Shown here piece after piece: positions 13,447-23,853 of a DNA stretch of 64,000 bases; position 1 is the stretch's first letter, and every line of letters begins with the position of its first letter. Below the pieces are notes generated by a model that ran no database searches, had not been told where the DNA came from, and worked only from the letters and a program-made list of their open reading frames with translations. This stretch comes from Candidatus Latescibacterota bacterium (GTDB taxonomy: Bacteria; Krumholzibacteriota; Krumholzibacteriia; WVZY01): NCBI GenBank assembly GCA_963791045.1, contig CAWBQK010000011.1, forward strand, positions 352,635-416,634, read 5' to 3'. A program made the translations under genes and the position numbers.

Positions 13447-13554
13447 TTTTTTTAGCCGCGCCCGTCTGAAAACAGGCGATCGGGTTTGATTGCAACTTTT
13501 TGCGCGAGCCTCGCGTAGACATTGTATCCCGTTCGATTCCAGTTGGAGGCTGAA

Positions 13555-14565
13555 ATGCGCCCCTTTGAGATGCTCGTGAAGTCGCTTGTGTCTATTGTTG
13601 TCCTCGCTTTTGCGGTTGTGTGCCTCGCGCCCGTCGCCGAAGCCCGCTCGTTCGACATCGCGTATAAAGACGTTGGAATCGGCTTCGGAAATTCCAAGAG
13701 ACTCACCGGGCTCCGTTTCAATCTCAGAGACCGCGGCGTCGAAGAAATCAACGGGATTAACGCAACCTTTTGGCTTCCCGGCGAGAACCCCGATGCGACT
13801 ATTCGCGGATTGTCGCTCGCCCTCTTAGGAATTGATGCCTACAAACTCCAGGGTGTGAATCTTGGCCTGATCGGTCTGTCGGGCGGCTATGTGTCGGGAA
13901 TCAGTGTGGGGCTCATCGGCCTGGCTGCATCAGAGCGTCTCGACGGGATCGGCATCGGGGGTATCGGTTTGGGTGGCGGCGATTTCCGGGGGCTCATGAT
14001 CGGCGGAATCGGACTTGGCGGGGATAACATAACCGGCGTCGCCATCGGTGGAATCGGTGTCGGTGCGACATCGATCCGCGGTCTTGGTTTCGGCCTGATC
14101 GGCGTGGGTGCGGAAGAAGTCCGGGGCGTGTGCATCGGCGGGATCGGTGTGGGCGGCGAAGGAATCAAGGGCGTGTGCATCGGTGGAATCGGCGTGGGCG
14201 CGGAGGAGTTTTCGGGCGCCGGCCTGGGACTCATCGGCGTGGGCGGTGAGGCCCTTACCGGGTTTTTTGTTGGCGGAGTAGGTGTCGGGGCCGAAGACCT
14301 CAGGGGTGTCGGTCTCGCGATTGTCGGCACGGCCGGCCAAACACTCAAAGGCGGGGCCGCTGCAGCCATTTGGACCCAGTTCGACGATGCGCGCTGGTTT
14401 ACGGCGGGCGGGGTCAACCGCGCGAGGTACCGGATGACCGGGCTGCAGATCGGTATTATCAACACCGCGAGAAATCTCCACGGCATTCAGATTGGTCTTA
14501 TCAACCACGCGGGCAACAACCGCAAGTGGCTTCGTTACCTTCCCTTTATTAACATGCATTTATAG
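13555..14565 (+). CDS. Gly-rich 15-aa repeat surface protein (LA_2272-like)
   Basis: About 12 repeats of GxxIGGIGVG[AG]E; C-terminal GLQIGIIN/GIQIGLIN and LPFIN. Confidence 0.75.
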   Translation: MRPFEMLVKSLVSIVVLAFAVVCLAPVAEARSFDIAYKDVGIGFGNSKRLTGLRFNLRDRGVEEINGINATFWLPGENPDATIRGLSLALLGIDAYKLQGVNLGLIGLSGGYVSGISVGLIGLAASERLDGIGIGGIGLGGGDFRGLMIGGIGLGGDNITGVAIGGIGVGATSIRGLGFGLIGVGAEEVRGVCIGGIGVGGEGIKGVCIGGIGVGAEEFSGAGLGLIGVGGEALTGFFVGGVGVGAEDLRGVGLAIVGTAGQTLKGGAAAAIWTQFDDARWFTAGGVNRARYRMTGLQIGIINTARNLHGIQIGLINHAGNNRKWLRYLPFINMHL

Positions 14566-14578
14566 CGTCTGTGTCAGT

Positions 14579-15757
14579 TCAGTCGGTGGGGACTTTGCGT
14601 GGGCCGCGCCAGATCGAACCCGATCCAAAACGTTCCTGGAGATTGTCGAGAAGATGATCCATCTTCTCGCGCGTTTCTTCCTTTGTGTCCGGAAAGAGTT
14701 CCGGCTGTTCCTGTGCCGGTCTCACCAGGTGTGACACAGACACGCCAACCAGACGAAGCGATCGGTTGCCGCGCTCGAGCCGCGCGTCGAAAAGCTCGCG
14801 CGCTGTTTCCTGAACCGCCTGGGTTGAAGCGGTGGCCGCGGGGAGTGTCAGCGCCCTTGTGACCGTTGTGAAATCAGCATAGCGGGCTTTCAGATGAATC
14901 GTGTGCGCCCGGTATCCTTCAGCTCTCAACCGTTTTGCGACACGCTCTGAAAGCGTTTTGATGTGGCCGTGCAGTATGTCCGCCTCGCCGATATCCTCGG
15001 CGAATGTCGTTTCCGCGCCGATTGATTTGGACTCGTCGCCGACCACCACGGGACGGTCGTCGTTGCCCTGTGCAAGTTCGCGTAGCTTCCGCGCGTGCGA
15101 TCCCACAATCGCCTCGAGCTGTGTTTGAGGACAACGCAGAAGATCAGAGATGGTTTTGATTCCCTCGGCTGCCAGATGCTTTTGAGTGACTTTCCCCACG
15201 CCCCACAACCTTTCAACGGGGAGGGGTGCGAGTCGCGCCGCGGCTTCGCCGGGACGGATCACAACAAGTCCGTCCGGTTTTTCCAGATCGCTGGCCAGTT
15301 TCGCCAGGAACTTGTTTGTCGAAACTCCCACCGAGGCAGTCAAACCGGTTTCGTCACGTACTTTCCTTTTGATCATCTTCGCGATTTCCGTCGCGGGTCC
15401 AAAGAGTTTGCGGCTGCCGGTCACATCGAGAAACGCCTCGTCTATTGATATAGGTTCGACGAGCGGTGTGTATTCGCCGAAGATAGCCCGGATCTCCTTT
15501 GCGACAGTCACATAATGATCCATGCGCGGGGAGATCACGATCAGTTCGGGGCAGGCTTTGAGCGCTCGATACGCGCTCATCGCGCTGTGGATACCATACT
15601 TGCGGGCTTCGTACGAGGCGGCGGCGACGACGCCCCGCCGCTCCGGCGTTCCGCCGACGACAACGGGTTTCCCTTCGAGAGCCGGGTTGTCCCGGATTTC
15701 GATTGAGGCGTAAAACGCGTCCATGTCGACGTGTAGGATTGCTCTGATGTCGCTCAT
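14579..15757 (-). CDS. dinB: DNA polymerase IV
   Basis: HVDMDAFYASIE, AASYEAR, SIDEAFLD, KFLAKLASDLEKPDG. Confidence 0.96.
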   Translation of the reverse strand: MSDIRAILHVDMDAFYASIEIRDNPALEGKPVVVGGTPERRGVVAAASYEARKYGIHSAMSAYRALKACPELIVISPRMDHYVTVAKEIRAIFGEYTPLVEPISIDEAFLDVTGSRKLFGPATEIAKMIKRKVRDETGLTASVGVSTNKFLAKLASDLEKPDGLVVIRPGEAAARLAPLPVERLWGVGKVTQKHLAAEGIKTISDLLRCPQTQLEAIVGSHARKLRELAQGNDDRPVVVGDESKSIGAETTFAEDIGEADILHGHIKTLSERVAKRLRAEGYRAHTIHLKARYADFTTVTRALTLPAATASTQAVQETARELFDARLERGNRSLRLVGVSVSHLVRPAQEQPELFPDTKEETREKMDHLLDNLQERFGSGSIWRGPRKVPTD

Positions 15758-15910
15758 CGGCCGATCCTAGCACAACGCGATTGTGTCGTCGCCACTTTCC
15801 CATTACTTCACCTTGTGATATGCTCAATCGGTTGACCTGTTGTGGTCAATCCGCCGATCGCACAAACCCTGGAGCACGCGATCCCACCCAAACCCCCGAG
15901 AGAGGCCCAA

Positions 15911-16945
15911 ATGAGCGCCTTACCCAAACGTTTAATTCTGATTTCCATAGTTGTGTTAATCGCCGGCGTTCTTTCGTGCGCACAGCAGGAAAAAACGACG
16001 CGGCCCGACTTCGTCCTTGTTGTTCATGGAGGGGCGGGAACGATTCTCAAAGAAAATATGACGCCCGAGCAGGAGCGCGCATACACAGAGAAACTCACCG
16101 AGGCCATGAAGCGCGGTTATGAAATTCTCGACAACGATGGGACTGCGCTAAGCGCGGTCGAGGCGACGATCCGCGTTCTCGAGGATTCGCCGCTTTTCAA
16201 CGCCGGCAAAGGCGCTGTGTTTACCGGCGAGGGAAAAAACGAACTCGATGCTTCAATAATGGACGGCGAAACGTTGAACGCAGGCGCGGTAGCGTCGGTG
16301 ACGACAATAAAACATCCGATCAGCGCGGCGCGCACCGTCATGCTCGATTCAGAGCACGTTCTTCTTGTCGGCGCCGGAGCGGAAATGTTTGCCGCGGAAC
16401 AGGGGCTCGAAATCGTCAAGCCGGATTATTTCTTCGATCAAAACCGCTGGGATCAACTTCTCAAGGCGAAGGAAAAAGATAAGATGTCGCTTGCGCCGTC
16501 GACGGAGAAGAAGAAGGACAAGTATGGCACGGTGGGCGCCCTCGCGCTCGACCGCAAGGGAAACCTTGCCGCCGGGACATCGACTGGCGGACTCACGAAC
16601 AAACGCCACGGGCGCGTGGGAGATTCACCGATCATAGGTGCCGGAACATATTCAAATAACAAGACTTGCGCTGTTTCCGGGACCGGACAGGGCGAGTTCT
16701 TCATGCGGCACCTCATTGCCTATTCGGTGTCGGCGATTATGGAGTTCGAGGGCGCTAGTGTCGATGAGGCCGCGAACAAGATCATCCACGAAACGCTGAC
16801 CGGGGACAAAGGGGACGGTGGGATCATCGCTCTCGACAAGGATGGCAACTTTGCGATGCCCTTCAACACTCCGGGTATGTACCGCGGTTGGGTCGAGGCG
16901 GGCGGCGAAATTCACGTATTGATGTATGAGGAAGATGCAAAATAG
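15911..16945 (+). CDS. iaaA: Isoaspartyl peptidase/L-asparaginase, lipoprotein
   Basis: HGGAG, FNAGKG, GTVGA cleavage site, TSTGG, GRVGDSP; lipobox LSC. Confidence 0.92.
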   Translation: MSALPKRLILISIVVLIAGVLSCAQQEKTTRPDFVLVVHGGAGTILKENMTPEQERAYTEKLTEAMKRGYEILDNDGTALSAVEATIRVLEDSPLFNAGKGAVFTGEGKNELDASIMDGETLNAGAVASVTTIKHPISAARTVMLDSEHVLLVGAGAEMFAAEQGLEIVKPDYFFDQNRWDQLLKAKEKDKMSLAPSTEKKKDKYGTVGALALDRKGNLAAGTSTGGLTNKRHGRVGDSPIIGAGTYSNNKTCAVSGTGQGEFFMRHLIAYSVSAIMEFEGASVDEAANKIIHETLTGDKGDGGIIALDKDGNFAMPFNTPGMYRGWVEAGGEIHVLMYEEDAK

Positions 16946-16974
16946 CCGGACGGGCAGTCACAAGGGGTTGGGCA

Positions 16975-18831
16975 ATGTGGACGATACTGATTTCAACAAT
17001 AAGGTTTAAAAATCGGAAACGTACGGCGCTCGGAATCGCCGTTGGAATTCTCGTTTTATCGATACTTCCACCTGCCGCGCGAGCGGCGGGCGACGAAAAA
17101 GACTGGATCACGTATTTCGAGGAGTCCGGGGGCAAGGCGACTCCGCGCTACGAAGAGACGATTGAGTACTGCCGGAGAATGGCCGATGCGTCGCGGTGGA
17201 TTCATTTTACCTCCTTCGGCACGAGCCCGCAGGGGCGCGAACTCCCCCTTCTTATTGCGAGCAAGAACAAGGCGTTTTCTCCAACGAAAGCGGCCCGGTT
17301 TCGCGAAAAAGGTGATCCCGTAGTGCTCATCCAGGCGGCGATTCACTCGGGTGAGTCGGTGGGGAAGGACGCGGGGCTGATGCTTTTCCGCGATATCGCC
17401 GTGACGGGTAAGTATCCGGAACTGCTCGACAATGTCACCGTTCTGTTTATTCCTATATTTAACGTGGACGGCCACGAGCGGTTTGGCCCACACAACCGGA
17501 TCAACCAGAACGGCCCGGAGGAAATGGGGTGGCGGACCACCGCGAACTCGTTCAACCTCAACCGCGATTTTCTCAAAGCCGACGCGCCGGAGACCCAGGC
17601 GTGGCTTGAGATGTTCAACGAATGGTCACCTGACTTCTTTATCGATTGCCACACGACCGACGGCGCCGATTACCAGTACGTCATCACCTACATTCTCGAT
17701 ATTTTTGGGAACATGGACGAGGACCTCACCGCGTGGACACGCGATGTGTACCTCGAAAACATAACCAAAACGATGGACGGAGTGGGGTTCCCGATTTCAC
17801 CCTACGTTTTTCTTGTCGAATGGCCGAACCCGAAACGAGGAATTATAAGCTGGGTCAGCACTCCGCGCTTTGCGCAGGGGTACACGACGATGCGCAACCG
17901 TCCCGGGCTTTTGATCGAAGCGCATATGCTGAAGGAATATTCCGAGCGTGTCGCGGGGACGTACGAGATGCTGAGACACACGCTGGCGTTTTTGAACAAG
18001 GAGCGAAGCGGGCTACTTGACACGATTGACGAGGCGGAGGCGTACGCGGCGAGCCCCGCTTTCAGGGATAAGCCGTTTCCCCTCCGGTTCTGGGTCGACA
18101 AGTCGGACAGCGTAATGATCGATTTTCTTGGCGTTTCATACGAATGCGTGGAGAGCGATCTTACCGGCGGCAAGTGGTACAAGTTCAGCGGCGAGCCCGA
18201 GACGTTCAAGCTCCCGTTTTTTACAAAACAGAAAATCCTTGCGACGGCGGATCTTCCCGAAGCGTATATCGTCCCGGCCGAGTGGACGACCGTTATCGAC
18301 AAACTCGATCTCCATGGTGTTGAGTTTCACAGAACCACCGAGCCCGTTACGCTCACCGTTGGAAGCTATCGCTTTTCGGACGTCAAATGGCAGGAACGCC
18401 CGTACGAAGGCCGCCACCCCGTGAGGTTTGATGTCGAGCCCATCGAGGTGGAAATGGAGTTCGTCGCCGGCTCGGTCGTCGTCGACATGAATCAGAGCCG
18501 TTCGCGGGTTGCGGCGCATTTGCTCGAGCCCAAGGGGCCAGATTCTTTTGTTTCCTGGGGATTTTTTGATACGATTTTTGAGCAGAAAGAATACGCGGAC
18601 ACGTATGTTATGGAAAAGGTGGCCCGCGAGATGCTCGAGCGTGACCCGGACTTGAAGAGGGAGTTTGAAGAGAAGATGGCGGAGGATTCCGAGTTCTCAT
18701 CGAACCCGCGCGGGATTTTGAACTGGTTCTACGAGCGTACACCGTATTGGGATGAGCGCAAAGACGTCTACCCGGTGGGGAAGATATTCGACCGGCGGAC
18801 GATCGAAGAGCTGAATAAAACTCGGAAATGA
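16975..18831 (+). CDS. M14 family zinc carboxypeptidase, secreted
   Basis: HSGE, NLNRDF, DCHTTDG. Confidence 0.88.
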   Translation: MWTILISTIRFKNRKRTALGIAVGILVLSILPPAARAAGDEKDWITYFEESGGKATPRYEETIEYCRRMADASRWIHFTSFGTSPQGRELPLLIASKNKAFSPTKAARFREKGDPVVLIQAAIHSGESVGKDAGLMLFRDIAVTGKYPELLDNVTVLFIPIFNVDGHERFGPHNRINQNGPEEMGWRTTANSFNLNRDFLKADAPETQAWLEMFNEWSPDFFIDCHTTDGADYQYVITYILDIFGNMDEDLTAWTRDVYLENITKTMDGVGFPISPYVFLVEWPNPKRGIISWVSTPRFAQGYTTMRNRPGLLIEAHMLKEYSERVAGTYEMLRHTLAFLNKERSGLLDTIDEAEAYAASPAFRDKPFPLRFWVDKSDSVMIDFLGVSYECVESDLTGGKWYKFSGEPETFKLPFFTKQKILATADLPEAYIVPAEWTTVIDKLDLHGVEFHRTTEPVTLTVGSYRFSDVKWQERPYEGRHPVRFDVEPIEVEMEFVAGSVVVDMNQSRSRVAAHLLEPKGPDSFVSWGFFDTIFEQKEYADTYVMEKVAREMLERDPDLKREFEEKMAEDSEFSSNPRGILNWFYERTPYWDERKDVYPVGKIFDRRTIEELNKTRK

Positions 18832-18848
18832 GATTAGCGATTTAAGAC

Positions 18849-19436
18849 ATGGAGGTTCCGGTGCGTTTTTCTATTTTGAGAATCATGACACTTCTTTTGA
18901 TATTCATCGTGACGGCGGCGCCGGTCTTTGCCGCTGACAAGGCGCTTCCGGCGGGCCATCAGTGGTTTTTGTTCGGGCACTTTCTTGGAATGATCCTTCT
19001 TATGGGGAATGTTGTCGTTTCTGCGCTGTGGATGGCGCAGGCTCGGAAAACGGCCGACCGCGGGATTCTCTTCTGCGCTTCTAAATCGGTGGCGCGGGCG
19101 GATTGGTTGTTTACGGTGCCCGGTCTTCTTCTGATTCTCGTGCCCGGGATAGCGACGGTGGGTCCGTGGGGCGGTTTTGGCCGCGCAAGCTGGGCGGAGC
19201 TGTCGCTCGCCCTCTTTGCCCTCATCGGTCTTATCTGGGTCATGTTTCTCTTTCGGTATCAGAGACGAATGCTCCATCTGACACGCGAGGCCGCCGAACT
19301 CAGGATCGGTCTGTCGAACGAATTTTCCAAAGTCGTGCGCCGCTGGTCGATGTGGAACGGGATCGTCACGCTGATTCTGTTGGCATCGCTCTATTTGATG
19401 GTGTTCAAACCGCACCTCTGGGGCCCGGTCGACTAA
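18849..19436 (+). CDS. DUF2269-family integral membrane protein
   Basis: 4-5 TM segments; ADWLFTVPG; C-terminal YLMVFKP. Confidence 0.75.
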   Translation: MEVPVRFSILRIMTLLLIFIVTAAPVFAADKALPAGHQWFLFGHFLGMILLMGNVVVSALWMAQARKTADRGILFCASKSVARADWLFTVPGLLLILVPGIATVGPWGGFGRASWAELSLALFALIGLIWVMFLFRYQRRMLHLTREAAELRIGLSNEFSKVVRRWSMWNGIVTLILLASLYLMVFKPHLWGPVD

Positions 19437-19438
19437 TC

Positions 19439-20626
19439 ATGCGAGAAAAAAGACGCAATTCTGTCACACGCGCCTGCGTCAATGGTTCTTGTGGAGGCGG
19501 TGGGGTCTTTCTCTGGCCCTCGCTCCGCTTCGGTCGGCTAGCCGCCTGCGGCGCCGGATCCTCCCTCGCTCCCGCGAAAGGGCCTTTCGAAAGACCACAC
19601 CGCCTTCAGAATGAACCCCGCGCCAGGTGGATCGCACTCGCGATTCTTTTCCTGTGGGTGTTTGTCCCCGACAGCGTGTGGGCGGAATTCGAAGACGCGG
19701 ACAGGATCCGCATCCGCGAGGCGGTATGCATCGCTGAACAAATGGGTGACGATTTGTGGCCGGGGTGGAGTGACGCGCCGTTCGCGGTCCTTCTCGTGAC
19801 ATCCGGCACCGAATATCTTGTCAATCATCCGCGGCCGTCGGATGATTTCGCGCGCGAGGGATATGACACGCTTCTCGCGAGCGCCGTGTGGTCGCGTGAA
19901 CGCGTTTTTGACAAAAATCTGCTCGCCACGTTTCCCGCCGTTTCAGGTATCCCAACCGTGGTGATCGGTCAGCCGCGCAACACTGCCGCAAGCCGGTCGA
20001 CGCGTTGGGTGGCAACGCTCCTCCACGAACATTTTCATCAGTGGCAGCAGTCACGGCCCGATTACTACTCGGCCGCCGCATCGCTCGGACTTGCCGGAGA
20101 CGACTCGACGGGCATGTGGATGCTCGATTATCCGTTTCCGTACGATTCGCCGGAGGTGAACGAAGCGTTCTCAGAGTTATGCGAGAGTTTGCACGATGCG
20201 GTGAAAGCGATAGGCCGCGGCGAAACCGATGAAAAGCGTGCCGCTTACAGAGACGCGAAGAGACGGTTCAAGAAATTGTTGTCGAGGGATGATTATGCGT
20301 ACTTCTCGTTCCAGCTCTGGCAGGAGGGAATTGCTCGATACACCGAATACACAATGATGAAAAAAGCGGGCGCGGCATACACGCCGACACCCGAATACAA
20401 AAACATCCCCGATTATGTTCCGTTCAATGAGGATGCGTCGGAGACTTTCAAACACTTATTGACCGAGTTGTCCCGGTTGTCGCTCGAAGACGCGCGGCGA
20501 ACGGCTTTCTATCATGTGGGCGCCGCAGAGGGGATACTGCTTGATGCGGCGAATCCCAACTGGCGGACCCGCTATCTCACAGAGATGTTTTCAACGGATA
20601 CTTACTTCGATTCGGGGAAAAACTAG
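19439..20626 (+). CDS. Secreted HEXXH metallopeptidase-like protein; start uncertain
   Basis: LLHEHFH...QEGIARY gluzincin-like motif; signal peptide ending VWA. Confidence 0.7.
   Translation: MREKRRNSVTRACVNGSCGGGGVFLWPSLRFGRLAACGAGSSLAPAKGPFERPHRLQNEPRARWIALAILFLWVFVPDSVWAEFEDADRIRIREAVCIAEQMGDDLWPGWSDAPFAVLLVTSGTEYLVNHPRPSDDFAREGYDTLLASAVWSRERVFDKNLLATFPAVSGIPTVVIGQPRNTAASRSTRWVATLLHEHFHQWQQSRPDYYSAAASLGLAGDDSTGMWMLDYPFPYDSPEVNEAFSELCESLHDAVKAIGRGETDEKRAAYRDAKRRFKKLLSRDDYAYFSFQLWQEGIARYTEYTMMKKAGAAYTPTPEYKNIPDYVPFNEDASETFKHLLTELSRLSLEDARRTAFYHVGAAEGILLDAANPNWRTRYLTEMFSTDTYFDSGKN
19484..19617. repeat. Palindromic repeat element, copy 1
   Basis: Terminal inverted arms ggaggcggtggggtctttc / gaaagaccacaccgccttc; homologous to 37662-37786. 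Confidence 0.8.
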
Positions 20627-21684
20627 TCTTTCAGCCGGCTTCTGATCTCTTTTTCGAGTTCGTCGACGAGTTCTTCCTCGGGGACCTTTCTTAGAACCTT
20701 CCCATCGACAAAAATCTGTCCCATTCCCTTGCCTCCCATAATGCCGAAGTCCGCTTCGCGCGCCTCTCCGGGGCCGTTGACCGCGCACCCCATGACGGCG
20801 ATCGTTACCGGTTTGCGGAGGTCCGACATCCGTTGTTCGACCTCTTCTGCAATTCTGAAAAGATCGAGGTGATTTCGCGCACACGACGGACACGAAATTA
20901 TCCGTGGAATATTCGAGGCCAGATTGAGCGCGGCGAGGATCTTGCGGCCGACCCGGACTTCCTCGACGACATCGGCGGTAAGAGAGACGCGAATCGTATC
21001 TCCAAGACCCTGGTTGAGAAGAATTCCCAATCCCACGGATGAATAGATCGAGCCGCTGGCGAGCGTTCCCGATTCGGTAATCCCGAGATGGAGGGGATAG
21101 TTCACTTTCGTCGCGAGAAGCCGGTATGATTCCGTGGCGAGTGGCACTGATGACGCTTTGACAGATATTACGATGTCGTTGAATTCCAGATCCTCGAGAA
21201 TCTTGACGTGCCGCATTGCGCTCTCCACCATGGCCTCGGCCGTCGGATATTCGTATTTTTCAAGGAGATCACGCTCGAGAGAGCCGGCGTTGACGCCGAT
21301 GCGAATCGGGATTTTGTTCGATCTGGCTTTCTCAACAACTTTTTCGACTTTGTCGCGACTGCCGATGTTGCCCGGGTTGATCCGAAGTTTGGCGATGCCG
21401 ATATCGGCGGCGAGAACCGCGACGCTGTGATCGAAATGGATGTCGGCGACGATCGGAACCTTTGTTCGCGGAATGATCTTTTCGAGCGCAACAACACTTG
21501 GCCGGTTCGGAACGCTTACCCGCACGATGTCGCAGCCGACGTCTTCAAGTCTTTTGATTTCATCGAGTGTCGCATCGACGTCGGTGGTTTTTGTTGTCGT
21601 CATCGACTGGACGGACACCGGTGCGCCACCGCCGATGGCCACATCGCCGACCATCACGCGTCTCGTTTTGTCTCGTGTGAACAT
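20623..21684 (-). CDS. ispG: 4-hydroxy-3-methylbut-2-en-1-yl diphosphate synthase
   Basis: SVQSMTTT, ADIHF, RINPGNIG, GDTIRVSLT, SCPSCAR, MGCAVNGPGEA. Confidence 0.97.
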   Translation of the reverse strand: MFTRDKTRRVMVGDVAIGGGAPVSVQSMTTTKTTDVDATLDEIKRLEDVGCDIVRVSVPNRPSVVALEKIIPRTKVPIVADIHFDHSVAVLAADIGIAKLRINPGNIGSRDKVEKVVEKARSNKIPIRIGVNAGSLERDLLEKYEYPTAEAMVESAMRHVKILEDLEFNDIVISVKASSVPLATESYRLLATKVNYPLHLGITESGTLASGSIYSSVGLGILLNQGLGDTIRVSLTADVVEEVRVGRKILAALNLASNIPRIISCPSCARNHLDLFRIAEEVEQRMSDLRKPVTIAVMGCAVNGPGEAREADFGIMGGKGMGQIFVDGKVLRKVPEEELVDELEKEIRSRLKD

Positions 21685-21839
21685 CTCTGTTATTCTCACC
21701 CTTCTCGATTGGGTCGAACGCCATCGCCACGGTCATAGATACATAATAAGACGAACGGGGGAGGCCTGCAAGCACCCCGGTTGTGTTATATTCCTATCGC
21801 CCCCGTGAAATTCCAACAGTTCTCCAGGTGGATCGATTG

Positions 21840-23684
21840 ATGACGCGAAATGCTCTCTCGAAAAAGATCGGCCGGCAGGTCAAAAAGCTCCCCATGGAAC
21901 CTGGTGTCTATATTTTTAAGGATGCCAGGGACAGGGTGATCTATGTGGGCAAGGCCAAACAACTGCGCAACCGTGTGAGCAGTTATCTTCGCGAAGGCGG
22001 CGACGGACGCCATCAGATCCGTTTTCTGCTCGAAAAAGCGGAAGGTCTCGAATACATGGTCACCGGGACCGAACAAGAGGCGTTGATTCTAGAGAACAAC
22101 CTGATAAAGAAACACCGCCCGCGTTACAATATTTTTCTCCGGGACGACAAAACCTACGTCAATGTCCGCCTGAATGTCGATCACCGCTTCCCGCGGCTCA
22201 CAGTTGTTCGCCGGCCCCGTAAGGACAAGGCCAGGTACTTCGGGCCGTATGCATCGGCCGGGTCGGTTCGTGCGACGCTGAGGATGCTCGGCAGAATTTT
22301 CCCGCTGCGAACCTGCACCGACGCCGAACTGGCGGGCCGCAAGCGGCCGTGTCTCTACTACCATATAAAAAGGTGCCCCGGACCATGCGTGGGGCTTATC
22401 GACGAACAGGCGTACGGAGAGACGGTCAACAGGGTGACCATGTTCTTGAAGGGCCGTGGAGAAGAACTGATAAAGACGCTCAAGGACAGAATGGATTTCG
22501 AAGCGGCCGAGCGCAGGTACGAGTCCGCCGCGAAAATCCGCGACCAACTGTTCGCCCTTCAAAAAACGCTCGAAAAGCAGCGTGTCACATCGCCGCAGCA
22601 GGCCGAACGCGACATCGTCGGCGTTTGCAGGGAAAAGGAGCGGCTGGCGATTCAAATCTTTCACGTGCGGGACTGGGAGCTTTCGAGCGGGAGCGCTCAC
22701 TATTTCGAAAACGCGAACCTGTCCACGGCGGAACATCTTTCATCGTTTCTGGGGCAGTACTATCAAAGCGGCGCGGCGATACCCAGCGAAGTCGTCGTTT
22801 CGGAGGCACCGGACGATGGAGAGATATTGAAGGACTATTTGACGTCGAGACTGGAAAAGGCCGTGCGAATCATCGTCCCCAAAAGGGGTGAGCGCCGGCG
22901 CCTTCTTGATCTCGCCCTCAAGAACGCAGAGACGGTTCTTGAAGACCGCGGCGGAATGTCGCGTAACAGGGAACTCCTCGAGGAGCTCCAGGACATTTTT
23001 ACTCTCGAACAGTTTCCCCGGCGGATCGAGTGTTTCGACGTCTCTAATTTCAGAGGCAGTGAAGCTGTTGCGTCGCGTGTCACGTTTATCGACGGCGAGG
23101 CCGCCCGGAGTCTCTACAGGCACTATAAGATTCGCACCATCAAAGGTTCGGACGATTACGGGATGATGATGGAGGTCATCGAACGAAGGATCGCACGCGG
23201 GATAAAGGAGGGTGACCTTCCCGATCTCCTCGTGGTTGATGGCGGAAGGGGGCAAATGGGGGTCGCACTGAAAGTGCTCGACCGTTTGGGTGTCGACGGC
23301 ACGAGTGTGCTCGGGATCGCCAAAGTGCGGACCGACGACCGGAAACGCCGAATAAGAGGCAAAGAAAGGATTTACGCCCCTAAGTTCCCTGAGCCAATCC
23401 TTCTCGAGGACAACACGGGGCCCCTGCATCTGCTCGAGCGGATTCGGGACGAGGCGCACCGTTTCGCCGTTACCTATCACAAGAAGCTCAGGAGCAAGCG
23501 AATAGAGACATCCGTTCTCGATGCGATCCCCGGTGTTGGGCCAGTGCTCAAACGGCGACTCCTTGCAGCCTTTGGGAGCGTCAAGGGCGTTCGAAATGCT
23601 GGAACCGGCGAACTTGCTTCCGTGCAAGGGGTTTCGCCTGATTTGGCCGCCCGGATACGGGAGTTTCTGGACTATGGGCCTTGA
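21840..23684 (+). CDS. uvrC: Excinuclease ABC subunit C
   Basis: PGVYIF, YVGKAK, RIECFDVS, DGGRGQ, RDEAHRFA, C-terminal HhH. Confidence 0.97.
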   Translation: MTRNALSKKIGRQVKKLPMEPGVYIFKDARDRVIYVGKAKQLRNRVSSYLREGGDGRHQIRFLLEKAEGLEYMVTGTEQEALILENNLIKKHRPRYNIFLRDDKTYVNVRLNVDHRFPRLTVVRRPRKDKARYFGPYASAGSVRATLRMLGRIFPLRTCTDAELAGRKRPCLYYHIKRCPGPCVGLIDEQAYGETVNRVTMFLKGRGEELIKTLKDRMDFEAAERRYESAAKIRDQLFALQKTLEKQRVTSPQQAERDIVGVCREKERLAIQIFHVRDWELSSGSAHYFENANLSTAEHLSSFLGQYYQSGAAIPSEVVVSEAPDDGEILKDYLTSRLEKAVRIIVPKRGERRRLLDLALKNAETVLEDRGGMSRNRELLEELQDIFTLEQFPRRIECFDVSNFRGSEAVASRVTFIDGEAARSLYRHYKIRTIKGSDDYGMMMEVIERRIARGIKEGDLPDLLVVDGGRGQMGVALKVLDRLGVDGTSVLGIAKVRTDDRKRRIRGKERIYAPKFPEPILLEDNTGPLHLLERIRDEAHRFAVTYHKKLRSKRIETSVLDAIPGVGPVLKRRLLAAFGSVKGVRNAGTGELASVQGVSPDLAARIREFLDYGP

Positions 23685-23709
23685 CAGTCAATCGCCTAAA
23701 CCGTAATAT
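23681..23709 (+). promoter_or_regulatory. Sigma-70-type promoter
   Basis: TTGACA-17-TAATAT. Confidence 0.6.
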
Positions 23710-23853
23710 TTTATATCATTGAAGTTGTGCTCGATTTGAGCGCCTGCCTTGTTACACATGGCTCCCCACCAAACCAGAGAACGGCATATATACAGGAATC
23801 TCATGACGCGTTGAATTAACCGCATCGATGAGGATGAGATTGGGAGGTTTCTT

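Noticed and set aside
13900-14330. CRISPR-like or tandem DNA repeats
   Set aside because: The 45-bp periodicity is explained by the coding Gly-rich repeats; no spacers or cas genes
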